From: Glaucostegus cemiculus
Lineage: Eukaryota
NCBI GenBank assembly: GCA_976551045.1
Contig: CDPCPM010000106.1
Span: 23,684,001 to 23,748,000 of the forward strand
Length of the DNA stretch: 64,000 nucleotides
Direction of reading: 5' to 3'
In this document: one piece after another, positions 1 to 12,540 of the stretch
How the letters are laid out: each line of letters opens with the position of its first letter
Numbering within the stretch: the first letter of the stretch is position 1
Translations under genes and position numbers: made by a program
The notes under the pieces: model-generated
What the model was told of the DNA's origin: nothing
The model's input: the letters and a program-made list of their open reading frames with translations, nothing else
Databases searched by the model: none

Positions 1-149
1 GGGTGATGGGCTTGGGGAAAAAACATTACAATTCAGCATTATCACTTAAATATTTCAACTCACCCGTTGCATTCTGCAACTGAAGCATTACAATTTGTTC
101 AAATGCAGCAATTGAAGGAAGTGAATGAAGCTGAAGTCAGTTTTCTGAT

Positions 150-201
150 GGTAGGTGAGTGCTCTGCTCAAAGCTGTCGAACGGTAGGTGAGTGCTCTGC
201 T
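150..201 (+). repeat. Direct repeat, 19 bp identical, period 33 bp
   Basis: ggtaggtgagtgctctgct at 150-168 and 183-201. Confidence 0.9.
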
Positions 202-349
202 GAAAACTATGAAAATATATTCTGACCATCAATTTTGCTTTATTTAGAAACAAAAGTATGAAAAAGTGTTGTATCCTTAAATGAAACCCTTTACATCAGT
301 CAGTAATAGAAGCAGGAATGCCATTGTACCAAATACAGATTATTTCTAG

Positions 350-480
350 AGAAACAAAGGACTGCAGATGCTGGAATCTAGATGAAAAACACGATGTTGG
401 AGGAATTCAGCAGGCCAGTCAGCATCCATGGAGAAAAGCAGGTGGTCAACGTTTCGGGTCAGGACCCTTCTTCAGGACTC
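350..480 (-). mobile_element. Penelope-derived repeat arm (pLTR-like) carrying a hammerhead motif
   Basis: ctgcagatgctggaatct...ggaggaattcagcagg...cagcatccatgga...aacgtttcgggtcaggacccttcttcaggac. The same family recurs many times in this window. Confidence 0.7.
445..478 (-). ncRNA. Minimal type I hammerhead ribozyme motif
   Basis: Minus strand reads GUC-CUGAAGA-A-GGGU-CCUG-ACCC-GAAAC-GUU-GAC: CUGANGA and GAAA cores, 4-bp helix II, NUH site, 3-bp helix I, palindromic ACGU in place of helix III. Confidence 0.6.
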
Positions 481-1034
481 CTTGGTGTTCCTCACTCTCT
501 GCCTCTCACAAGCCCAAGTTTGCAATTACATAATCACTCTCCTTTTTCTCTCTTTGAATTTTGTGCGGCACCAGAGATACTGACCTCTCATCACTGTTTC
601 TTCTTTAAAAGTCAGCAAGTTGCACTCTATGCCATGTTGTGAGAACATGCATGAGTGCACAGCCAACAACACCATAAACACACAGAGCATGCAGATGGTG
701 ACCTTGGTCAGTGTGTAATGATTTGGCACTGGACTAATTTTTGCTGGAATTTTTATCTATAACATAAGCAAAACCACTTAAGTGGATTGGGGAAATATAT
801 GCAGCACACCTTTTTATAATTGGTGCAATAGACTTTGGGTGTATTTAGAAACCAAGAAGCTGGGCAATATCCAGGTATTATCCTTTAAGGTATGAAGGTG
901 CATGTGCTTTTCATACCTTAAAGACTTAAGAGTTCTTAAAGGAAGCAGACAGCATTTGGAAGTGTGTAGGCACAGGAGAGACTTTCCTTCATTAGCCAAA
1001 GCATAGAACTTAAGAAAATGGAGATTATATGGAG

Positions 1035-1278
1035 GGGCGGCACGATAGCATAGCGGTTATCACGATGCTGTTACAGCGCCAGTGATCGGGGTTCGATTCC
1101 TGTCGCTGACTGTAAGGAGTTTGTACATTCTCCCGTGTCTGCGTGGGTTTCCTCCGGGTGCTCCGGTTTCCTCCTACATTGTAAAATACGTACAGGTAGG
1201 TTAATTTGGGGGTTTAAAATGGGCTGCGTGGACTTGTTGGGCCGAAAGGGCCTATTACCACGTTGTAAATAAAAAAAA
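1035..1278 (+). mobile_element. tRNA-derived SINE (V-SINE-like), young copy
   Basis: Pol III A box TAGCATAGCGG 1046-1056, B box GGTTCGATTCC 1090-1100, V-domain-like gcgtgggtttcctccgggtgctccggtttcctc, A-rich tail, CpGs retained. Confidence 0.85.
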
Positions 1279-1807
1279 TATTACATGATGCTGTTTTGGC
1301 CACAAGTATAATTGTAAGGAGAAGGTGCAGAGGACGTATACAACAACATTGCTAGTACAGTGAAATGTTAGGTCTGAGGAGGGATTTGATACACCGGGAT
1401 TGTTTTCATTGGATATTGCAGTGACACTGTACCCAGGACTATGGGCTGTTCCTGTGGGATTTACCAGTGCAGAGAGAAATCATGTCCACTCCTACTGCCT
1501 TTGTATGTTGTGTCTGGATGGGTTCCTGGCTCCCTGCAGTCAGAGATATCTGGAGGCTGAAGAGGGAATCAATTGAGGTGTGTAAAATGACGAGAAGCTT
1601 AGGCAGAGTAAATAGGAAAAACATATCTCTTTAGTGGAGGGGTTAAAAACCAGGGGGAATAGATTTACAATAATTGGTAGAAATGTTGGAGGGGAGATGA
1701 GGAAAACGATTTTCGTCCAGAGGATGACAGAAGTTTGGAACTTACTGCCTGAAAGAGCGGTGAAGGCATAAACCCACATCAAATTGACAAAAAAATCCCT
1801 GGATCCA

Positions 1808-2315
1808 GAGTCACAGAGTCATTTAGTGTGGAAACTGGCCCTTCTGCCCTGCTAACCATAGTGCCCACCAAGCTAGTCCCATTTGCCCATATTTGGTCCA
1901 TATCCCTCTAAACTTCTCCTATCCAGGTACTTATCCAAAGGTCTTTTGAATGTTGATATTGTACCTACTTCAACCAGTTTCTCTGGCAGCTCATTCCACA
2001 TACACACCACCCTCTGCATGAGAAGTTGCCCCTCAGGTCCCTTTTAAATTCTTCCCCTTTCACCTTATACCTATGCCCTCTAGTTTTTAGTTCCCCTTCC
2101 CTGGGAAAAAGATTATTTACTATGTCCCTCATGATTTTATACACCTCTATAAGGTCACCCCTCAGTCTCCTATGTGCCAAGGAATAAAGTCCTAGCCTGC
2201 CCAACCTCTCCCTATAACTCAGGCCCTTGAGTCCTGGCAGCATCCTCATAAATCTTCTCTGCACTCTTTCCAGTTTAATAACATCTTTCCTATAACAGGG
2301 TGACCAAAATGTGGT
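1808..2315 (-). mobile_element. CR1 LINE 3' fragment
   Basis: ORF 1965-2264 QRRFMRMLPGLKGLSYRERLGRLGLYSL..RRLRGDLIEVYKIM..TRGH is the CR1 ORF2 C-terminus, with a short tandem-repeat tail at 1808-1822. Confidence 0.9.
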
Positions 2316-2739
2316 CTTGAAGAATCTTGACCTGGAGGGCTACAGATAAAGAGCCGGAAGCTGGGACATGGATAGCTCTTTTAGAACCAGCACAAACAAA
2401 ATGAACTGAATGATCACCTTCTACATGGTAAATTTCCTGTGATTCTGCTGTTCAGTAGGATTATAGTCTATTGATCCCAAGGTTCCTCTCAGAAGCCTAA
2501 TGTGCTGACCCTGATCAATAAAATCCAGTTCAGCCTTATTGATCTTCCATCGATCTACATTAAATTTTCCCTAGTATTTAACTGCTCTTATTTGTGTTGA
2601 AGATGTCATAGCTTGCTAATGGTTTTCTGCCTTTCAGCCAGGAATAGATAGCAGCATCAAGAGAAGGTGACAAAGAGCTTCACAGTTTGATGTCTACATT
2701 TCCATGCAGTGTAGAGGGGACGAACTATCCCCCAGTTAA

Positions 2740-3110
2740 TAAAAAGAGAGAAAGATGGATTTATAGAGTCCTTTCAAGGTTCATTTCTGGACATCCAACA
2801 GTGCCTTAGACCCGATGGAGTACTGTTGAAATGTAGCATCTGGTGGACTGTCAGTATTGTATGTAGAAAACATATACAGTAGTCAAGTTGTAAACAACAA
2901 AGAAAGACTTTCATTTCCCTAATTGATACAATTAAAACAAAGTACCTGGGTGTTTGTCATATTTTTGTGGGGTCTTGCTGTGCATAGTTAGCTGCAATGT
3001 TTTTCTACACTGCAAAAGAGATTATTTTCCAAGAATACTTCAAGACATAACTTGCACTTGTCCTGAGTTTGTGAAAGGTGCTATATAAATGCAAGTCTAT
3101 CTTCTTCTTT
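2740..3110. mobile_element. Two degenerate DeuSINE-like 3' tails in opposite orientation
   Basis: 2950-3110 resembles the tail at 29990-30150 (gtgctatataaatgcaagtct), and 2740-2900 is a reverse-complement counterpart. Confidence 0.4.
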
Positions 3111-6070
3111 TCTAGCAGAAGCTGATATAAGCTGTATCATGCAATGCACATTGACACAGAGCTGGAACCAAGACCACTGGCTGGCTGCACATCTCTCCAA
3201 GGAAGGGGACATTTATCAGTGTAACTCAATATTTAGATATATACACTCAGTTCTATGGAAATATCTCATTGGAGGACGGAACAGATCTCGGTGACCCAGA
3301 TCTTAAAAGGATGGGTGCTTTCTGAGATGAAAGATTTCTTGGTTGACTTCCCAGAAGTTTCTAACAAACAGCCATTTTAATTTCAGCAGCTGTCTGCATT
3401 TGCTGATGAACATTGATTCACAGATGCCACAGGTTTCTTTAGATAGGTGAGACAATGCAAGGTCACCTCCAGCTGTTCCCTCAGCCATCCATCCCCTTCA
3501 ATAGATATGCCACTCAAGTTTTGGCTGCACAGTAGCCTTGGTTGTTGTGATATCATTGTGGCCACTGTACCGAAGGCCCAGAGAGAAAAACATACATTCC
3601 AATAAGGTCAGATCTGATGTAGCCATGATTTTTTTTCTCTTTCTCTCTGAAGAGAGTACTCCAGGCTGCTCTACTGTTCATGTGACTGTTCATGAGCAAG
3701 AAGACAGATTTGGTCAGGCTTTCTTGACTCTCACTAACAGGACCATCAAGCTGTACTGCTGAAGGTGATCAGGACAGATCTCTTTACCAGCATTGTGTTC
3801 CAGAGGTACTACTTAACCTCACCTCTCACGTCACTAGGATTCAATTTAGGAGCACAGATTAGTCACATAACCTGAATAATCAAGAATAAACATGTACTAT
3901 TACTATATCACTACTGGAATTTAATCGTTGTTTCCTTTTAATTGCAGATGAACAGGTTAAGAAGTGCAGATCTGTGCAATGAAGACATCGAAATAGTAGA
4001 CAAGTAAAGGTTTGCTTAGAGGAAAATTCCTGCATTATTTGTGAGCTGGATTATTGTTATATGGAGATGTGGAAGGAGAATTATTTTCTATTGCTGTTGA
4101 ATCTTTGTCATCTGTGAAGTGGGTTTGCAAACTCTGCACCTTATTTATGTTGTATGCACGTGTGTCTGTCTGTTGAGTGAATGAATGGGATGAAGAGTAA
4201 TTGTACTAAACATAGTGAACAAGGAAAGAATCACAGTATCTGTAACAATCTGTGGCCTTTTGAATAAAAAAAGGACTTTTTTTGACTGGAACAATCTAAC
4301 AATCTATTCCCTTGAAGCAGATAAAGAATCTGGTGAGACCACCAAGAGCTGTAGTGTTAATTTGATTTTTCAGGAGCAGATTGCCTCTGAACTAGGGTAG
4401 TAGAACAGGGAATCTGAGTACTCAGGTCTTTTTGACACTCATCTACAGATGGGTTTACATAGCTGTAGTCTGAGAAGGTGCAACTACCAGAAACATGAAA
4501 TTCAGAGGCAATACTGTTCCGGTGTAAATTGATGACAGAAAGCACAATTTTTCTTGCAGATAGTATACATCATTCTGAAGCTATTTGGTCAAGAAACTTA
4601 AGAAAACTTTTCCTTTATAACTAATGTTATTTCAGTATCTATTGATTCAAATGCTGGTCTTTCATACTTGGGTTTTGGAACTCCACTAAGTTTTAATCAA
4701 AGGGAGTTAAAAGAACAAGAGCATCATAGCAAAAGTTGTAAAAACTGTAGTAAAGTTTATTCTAAAATGAGTCCTGATGTTGAATGGCCTCTAATATTTT
4801 AGTTTTCTTTGGCTTTCAACTAGACTCACTGCCAGCAGTGAAAGTGTTAAGACACTTGGTGAATTATCTGACTGTGTGCTGATTACAGTGCCTTGTACCA
4901 TTCTATATAACCAATATTGCAAATGCTCTGTGATACAGAAAATATTATCTGGCAGGAAGATCAGATCCCAGATATTCACCGGAACAAAAGCTCAATGCAG
5001 CTGTGCCTTGAGGCACTATTAGGGAGGAGATTTATGAACAAAAATATAGAAGCTAATGGTTGACAGCATTTGAACACAGCCAATAACCCTGTCGCATTAA
5101 ACATTAGTGAATTACACATGATAACGAAGGAGACATTATCAAGCCTTTCCACCAAGTATACAGGACAATGCAACAACTTCTGATGAATCCTGATAAATAT
5201 TGGAGCAGATTATCGAGAATCTTGATAAAACTAATATCAAGATTTTTGCTAATTAAGGATAAATAAAAAGGGCCCATTTGAAAATATTTTTGCCAGAGTC
5301 AGTTTACTTATATCCAGTCAGCAACTTAATACTGAAAACAGAGAATAGTTCACAAATATTTCACACAATAAAGATTAAACAGCATCCAGTTAAAAAATAA
5401 AAACTGCTGATCAATTGATTTTATTCAATAAACAAGCTTTGAGAAGAAGTATTCAGCAGATTGTTCCAATCCAAAGTCATTGCATTCAGAAATTAAACAC
5501 CACAGGTTAAACTCCACAGCTTTGGGTGTCAAATGAAAGAGGTGAGGACCAGCAGGTTTCCTAATGGGGTGCACCAGTTTTTACACTGCCTTCAGAATGT
5601 GGTTCCTTGAATAACACTACAAGAAATAGCCTACTGATAAATAGGCCCAGTTTCTAATGTCTGATAGGACTAGCAGTATGAGTTGTTAATAGTATTTGGA
5701 AGAAATTGTTATTAGACGATATGTTTTTCCCTGTGTAAACAGAATACAACTGATAGAGTCCAGTTTAAATTAATTCTTTTTCAGATTTTATGTGTGTTTC
5801 TGTTTGTATTTAACAATGAGGAATTATATATTTACTGTACATGTAACTACAGTGTACAGTGAGGATGCAGGGGAAAAGATTATGACTTTGAGAAAGGTAC
5901 TGACTTGCTTCTGATGCACTTGTATGCACTATAGCTGACAATCCCCTAACACTATATCCAAGACGTTGGAATCCTAATGACTGTCTATTTCTTTAAGTAT
6001 TTTATTGAGTGAAAACTGACGTGAAATCCAACACAAACTTTAATGATATTCAGCTCTGATGATGCTATTA

Positions 6071-6805
6071 AGACCATAAGACATAGGAGCAGAATTAGGC
6101 CATTCAGCCCATCAAGTCTGCTCCGCTATTCAATCATGGCTGATTTATTTTTCCTTCTCAGCCCCATTGTCCTGCCTTCTCCCCGTAACCATTGACACCC
6201 TTACTAATCAAGAACCTATCAACATCCGCTTTAAACATACCCAATGACTTTGGATCCAAAGCCATCTGTGGCAATGAATTCACCACACTCTGGCTAAAGA
6301 ACTTCCTCTATATCTCTCCTAAAGGGATGTCCTTTTATTCTGAGGCAGTACCCAGACAGTCCTAGAGTGTCCCATTACTGGAAACATCCTCTCCAAGTCT
6401 ACTCTGTCCATGTGTCTCAATATTCGGTAGGTTTCAATGAGATCCCTCATCTTTCTAAACTCCAATGAGTACAGGCCCAGAGCCATCACATGCTTGTCAT
6501 GTGTTAACCCTTTCATTCCTGGGATCATTCTTGTAAACTTCTTCTGGACCCTCTCCAACGCCAGCACATCCTTCCTTAGATATACGGCCCAAAACTGCTC
6601 ACAATGCTCCAAATGTGGTCTGACCAATGCCTTATAAAGCCTCAGCATTACATCTTTGCTTTTATATTCTCTCAAAATGAATGTGAACATTGCATTTGCT
6701 TTCCTTACTACTGACTCAACCTGAAAGTTAACCTTTGGGGAATTCTGCACTAGGACTCCCAAGTCCCTTTGCATCTCTGATTTCTGAATTCTCTCCCCAT
6801 TTAGG
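6071..6805 (-). mobile_element. CR1 LINE 3' fragment
   Basis: ORF 6319-6846 contains QRDLGVLV..LYKALVRPHLEHCEQFW..LERVQKKFTRMIPGM, CR1 ORF2 signatures. Confidence 0.92.
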
Positions 6806-7038
6806 AAACAAAAAATGCAGGAAACACTCGACAGGTCAGGCAGCATCTGTGGAAAGAGGAATAGAGTTTAAGCTTCAGGTCCAAGACCCTTTTCAGAATA
6901 GGTGAACTAGCTTTGATGATGGGTTTATGACCTGAAACAATAACTCCATTTCCTTTCAACTGTCTGACCTGTGGAGTGTTTCCAGCATTTTCTGCATTGG
7001 TTTTCAGAATTTCCAGCATCTGCAATTTTTTGATTTTC
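6806..7038. mobile_element. Palindromic Penelope-derived element (two inverted arms)
   Basis: Left arm aaaatgcaggaaacactcgacaggtcaggcag...ttcaggtc is the imperfect reverse complement of right arm gacctgaa...ctgtctgacctgtggagtgtttccagcatttt. Confidence 0.7.
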
Positions 7039-7254
7039 AAGGCTCTGCTATCTCCGGAAGTTATGTACACGAACCACTCTTCAGAGACTTAGACACAGAA
7101 ATATTGAGGCAGACTCGCACTGTCAAGTAGTTACTAAAGATCATATTATACAACTTGAAAGCTTAATGCTTCTGAATGATGGGTATTGAAATACAAAATC
7201 CAACAGTGAATTTGCACAGGAATGTGTTAAATGATCAGGTAATCTGTTTAGTGA

Positions 7255-7420
7255 AAGTAAAAACAGAAAATGTTGGAAATACTCAGCAGATCAGGCAGCA
7301 TCCATGGACTTTCAAGTTGCTGGTCTCTCATCTAATGAATAGTTATTGATCTGAAACATTACCCTTGTTTCCATTTCCACCAATGCTTCTTAATCTGCTG
7401 ACTGCTTCCAACCTTTTCTT
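7255..7420. mobile_element. Degenerate palindromic Penelope-derived element
   Basis: aaacagaaaatgttggaaatactcagcagatcaggcagcatc followed by an inverted arm ending aatctgctgactgcttccaaccttttct. Further arms at about 7867-7925, 23515-23600, 23860-24020, 31160-31245 and 41600-41700. Confidence 0.55.
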
Positions 7421-8454
7421 TTTTTTACCATTACTTAACAGATCATCATATTGCATTGCCATTAATAGAATCTTCCTGGCAAATTGGCTGTCATATTATC
7501 TAGTTCAATTACCATCATTGCAAGAATTGGCTTTGAAGGACATTTAGAGTTGAATGCAAACCATATCTGCTGACTAGTGGATAGAAAAGAGGCAGAAAAC
7601 CTCTGATATTCCTCCACCACATACGTACGGTGACCAACTGTAGTGTTATCATTGGGTCTATGGCACATATCATGGATTGAAGCTTGCTTGGCTTGTTCGG
7701 CTTTGCTACACTCTGGATAAATTTGCTGAGGCACTGATGGGGCTTCAGGACTAATTTTAACTGAGAGTAAAGCAGAGTGAGGTATAGGTCACATATAATG
7801 GCATCTGTTGAGTAGATAGGACAGACCAACCTCATTGCCGCTTTGAATAATTAGCCATAATTGATGTAAAACAGAAAATGCCGGAAATATTCGGCAGGTC
7901 AGGCGGAATCTGCAGAGAGAGAAAAAGGTCCTTGTATTTTGTTGCAGCTGCAGAACGTTTTAAGTTGCAGAGAAAATGTGGAGGAGCAGAGAGAAGAGAC
8001 CAAAGGGAAGGACTGTGTGTGGTTAGTGAGAACAGGAGAAAATACACAGGAGAAAAGAATGTTGATGGAGCTGGGTCAGAGAGGGTAAAGAAGGCTTGTT
8101 AATAGCGGCGAGCTTATTGGAAGATGTGGCTTCCACTATTGAAACATTAAGTTTCTTTCTTCCTTTAGAGGATTCCACAGGATTCTTTGCTGCTGTTATT
8201 ATGAAAGATTTGGTCTGATCTAAAACAGGAAACTGAGCTAGTTTTTCCAAGGTTAAGGAATGAATTCCATGTGCTTGGAGAACCCCATCACATGCTGTGA
8301 TGCTTACAATCATTACTGGCTTGTGGTATTGTCCATACCTGCTGTGCTATTTAATGGTAATCATCTACACCATCAATCTTCATCACCAAATTAAAAGCAG
8401 GAAAACTGTCACATCCTCAGTTTTGATGGACTTGAGAGCAGTCACAATGATGTC

Positions 8455-8830
8455 GAAAGGCCAAAGCTAATAATCCAGAGACCATGAGGTCAAATCTCAA
8501 CATGGCAATTTGAATTTGTATTTATGTCTCTAAAAATCTAGTAAACAGGAATTATTGTCAGTAAAAGTAGCCAAGGAGTGTTTGGATTATTATAATATCT
8601 CAACCAGTTCTTTGCTGTTCTTAAGGAAGAAGGTCTGTCATCCTAACCCATCTGGGCCATGTGTGACACAGGTCCCATATGAAAATAATACATTGCCCTC
8701 TGATCCCTGGAAGTGGTGTTGGAGTAGTAGAAAACTCTTACAATACCACAGGGACTACTGTGGTTCCTGAAGAAAGCCCAGGGCAGCTTGTAATGGACAA
8801 CAAATACCAGCAGCAATGCCCCAGTGACAC
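8455..8830 (+). mobile_element. Degenerate SINE-like element sharing a 3' tail with the LINE family at 57660-59250
   Basis: taataatccagag..gaggtcaaatctcaacatggca head. The tail atggacaacaaataccagc resembles gatggacaataaacgctggc at 59220. Confidence 0.45.
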
Positions 8831-11800
8831 CAAAAAGTCACACCTGACAGACTTAGAATTAGTTTGTTTATAAGTATACTTGGGCCATTGTTACACTCTG
8901 GTTTAGATGAAACAAGGATAATAACAATGCAAGACTAGGTATTTCATTGATTTTCCTCATCATTTTAAAGGGTATGAATTGCTCTTATTTAGTCAAATGG
9001 CCATTCAGTCAACTGGAGGTTAATTGCTTGAGACTGGTTGAGTGGCTGAGGAAATTAAAACCATTATTTTGCCTTTGCTCCCTTAATGTTAGTTCCACCT
9101 CCCATGCTAAACCAGACTGTGTAAAAGCTTAGAACCCTGTTGAGCTGGAGCTGAGGATTTTCCCCTGATGTCATGCATCTTGACTATCTATTTAATGTGA
9201 TCACACTGGCATTCCTTTTGCTGCTAAAATCCATTATCACTTACCCAGACTCTTCAACATACACCACCCTCCCTGCCATTGCACAATCTAATGTGCTGCA
9301 CCTCTGCCCACACTAATTATCTCACCTCCATATAAACTGCCATTATTGGCCTTTAGCTTCCCATATCTTTGAATTCAACATCCTTATCCTCAGTTACATA
9401 TGCCTTTGTGATCTCATTTCACATCCCCCAACCTCAGCCTCACCACTTTCCATGTGCCCTTCACTTTATCATTGATGACACAACCTTTCACAAGCCCTTT
9501 GGTATTCTCTGGAGCACCACCAACTGTCCTAATCAGCAAATCCCTAAATCTCATCACCTCTCTAGAGCACTTAAATATTTTCAATTCTCCCACACATACT
9601 TAACATGTGCCTCCCATCCACTGATAAACATCTTGCTTTTCTTTTCCTGCATCATTTTTGTCATAACCTCATGGTTATTTTGGTTGTTTTGTATCTGCAT
9701 ATACATACTGTATAGATCAGTATCCCACCATTATGACTTGGAATGTTTCTTGCAAATGGTGGGAACCTCATTTGTTAAATGAAGACCAGCTAGAGGGATA
9801 TCAGCACAAAATGTTCCCTACACAGTATGTTTTCCTACATCAAGTTTAAATGTTGATGCTGTACCCAACTCAGAATTGATCATTCGTAGCTTTAATATTG
9901 ATCCAGTTCAAACAGGCAAATAAATTTACACATTGATTACAGACTAAGCCACACCCTCGTATACATCAGATTATGTTTTTACATAATTTAAGTCGGACTT
10001 TGGACACAGAGGATGAGATAAACTTCAGGATAACTGAGTGAGTAATTGGATAAACTGTTGTACTACTGACCTACAGAAACCAAATGGACAGTCCTTGGTT
10101 TGGGCTATTTTGGTGACCTCAGTCAAAATTTTAGGAAACGACCCCTCAAGCTCTGGAAAAAATATCAGCTAGGTGTTGGCTGTTGATTACTATCCAGAGA
10201 TGGATTCCAGAAAAGTTGGACACCAAGTAACAGCAAGATTAGACTGCAGTAACTGTGGTAGGTGAAGCGGAGCAGGGACAAGAAGAATGATCAAATGGCA
10301 GTGGTACCACAGAGTTTCTGAGGATCCTAAGGAACTGCAGCATGACTGATATACCCATGAGAAGCTAACAACCTTGGAATTAGAATCTCACAGAGATACC
10401 AGGAGGTTGTAGACACCATATGGTGTTCCAGGAAAATTCATTCCAAAAGTTTAGACATTAAATAACCTGAAAGGTTAAAGATAATGAAAGTTCTTTAGAT
10501 TTCTTATAAAACCCTGATGATGCCATTCTTTAATTATATTTACTGATGGGGTTAGATAGTTCTAAGAAATAAAATGTTCACTAAATAATTAGTTTTGTAT
10601 TTCAGCATGATACATGGGCAAGGAGTTGTTCACACTGCAGGAGATGAGAAATCTGCTGCCCATGATGTGGATTTCATGGAATCATTCTGGTAAAGAAGGA
10701 CTGGCACATGTTGTTGGAATGACTGAAGAGGTAATTCCCTGCAAAGTGAAATACTTGGCAACAGAATGCAGATTTGTTCTATGGCCTTTCTGTAAAGAAG
10801 AGATAAACATAGCTAAGTTGTTTGTATACACCTGTTTCAGAGTCATTTTTGCTTAACTTAGACTATTGATATTACATAAACAAGGAACAAAGCTAGTTTC
10901 AGAAAGAACACTTTTCAAATTTGTTCCCTTCCCAAGATCTCTTGTGGGAATATGGGCCACATTATATATTACTAAATCAATGGAATATTCACCACATATA
11001 GAAGTTCATGAATGGATACACTTTGCTTTCTCAAATCAATTCAACAGCTTGAAATCAGAATCTCTAAACAAAAATATTACAATGCCATAAACTTTGATCT
11101 CACAGAATCTGATACTTTAGACCAGAATTTTATTGATATCTCACTCTAGTTTTGCCTTTATAGCTCCCATGAGAATCAGAGCAGATGAGCATCAAAATCT
11201 ACCACAGCCCTGGAGTCCTTATTTCTCAGAAATGCTTTGAGCACTTCATGGATGGCTGAATAATATGCAGAGAGTATTTGGAAACTGTTAACCTCTTCAC
11301 TAGAGGAGATATATTATCAAAGGAGGTTTGATGCTGTTAGTCTGTTTTCTACTTGCATTGCAATATTCTTATTTTCATGAAATATAAAAATCCCCTGTAC
11401 AAAAATCCAGCCAATACACCTCATAGGCATGGGGCATTCTTCAAAAGATGATGATCTATCAAAACAGCTGTGTTTTTTTCCTTTGGTTATGAGCTTTGAT
11501 AATTCAGAAAAAAGACAGAGTGCAGGAAAGCAGTGAGATTGAAAAGCAGTAAAGTAGACACAAGGTAAATCAAGAAATAGTGACTAATAATGTAATCTGA
11601 TAAAGCAAGGAATAATCAGGGAAGAAGTTAGGTCCAATTCTGAGATCCTTTTGTGTTCATCAGATGTGAATCATCGGTACAAAGTAATGGAATGTCAAAA
11701 GTAATTTAATGCTAAAACCATGGTAAAACAAATCAATCCATCTGTTCAGGTCATGTTGGCATTTGTTATGTATAGCATAAATTCACTATAATCTACCTCA

Positions 11801-12227
11801 AATCTTGGCAAGGTTAATCCTAACCTCAGCCAGTACCCCTATATTTCACAAATGACATTCCCTCTTGTCTGCACCAGTGAACTCTTAGTGACATATGTGC
11901 AATTTATGTCCACTTTTGACTTGCGGTCTCATGCCCAATAAAAGCTGGACTGAAACAGGTAAAATATCACTATTTGGTCAGGAGAAAAGATATTCAGTTA
12001 AAAGTCCAGTTGTATTTAAATGTCTGTTAAAAGGTAACAGCCTTGAATGCAGTATTTTGGTAACATTTAGACTAAAATGCCACTGATTCCATTCCCTAAA
12101 CTTATCTCACTACTGAAGCTTATTTGCACTTCCTGCTCAATGGCCCACACTGAAATGTCCACATGTAAATTCAGCCCTATCAATAGTAACATGAGGAACT
12201 TTGGGTTGACCAGTACAAATGTGTAAA

Positions 12228-12540
12228 CATAGAACACTACAGCACAGTACAGGTCCTTCGACCCACAACATTGTGCCGACATTTTATCCTGCTCTAAGAT
12301 CTATCTAACTCTTCCCTCCCACATAGCCCCCTATTTTTCTATCATTCATGTGTCTATCTAAGAGTTTCTTAAATGTCCCTGATGTATCTGCCCCCACAAC
12401 CTCTGTAGGCACTGTGCTCCTCACACCCACTACTCTCTGTGTAAAAAAAACTTACCCCTTATACCCTCCTCCAGTCACCTTAAAATTATGTCCCCTTGTG
12501 TTAGCCGTTGTCACCCTGGGAAAAAAAGTCTCTGTCTATG
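12228..12540 (-). mobile_element. CR1 LINE 3' end
   Basis: Reverse complement of the young CR1 3' end at 23170-23480 (catagaacactacagcacagtac..., ctaagagtttcttaaatgtccct). Confidence 0.85.

Larger units (their letters stand above)
770..2445 (+). mobile_element. Old degenerate CR1 LINE 3' part, interrupted by younger insertions
   Basis: CR1-like segments at about 770-1030, 1280-1420, 1545-1805 (ggaggctgaagagggaatcaattgaggtgtgtaaaat) and 2316-2445 in collinear order. Confidence 0.6.

Noticed and set aside
1035-1105. tRNA gene
   Set aside because: A and B boxes are present but continue into a SINE core and A tail, and no complete cloverleaf is evident.
6319-6846. 175-aa ORF as a host gene (likewise 1965-2264, 19083-19502, 21237-21671, 22965-23348, 62584-62853)
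   Set aside because: All are truncated LINE ORF2 fragments.
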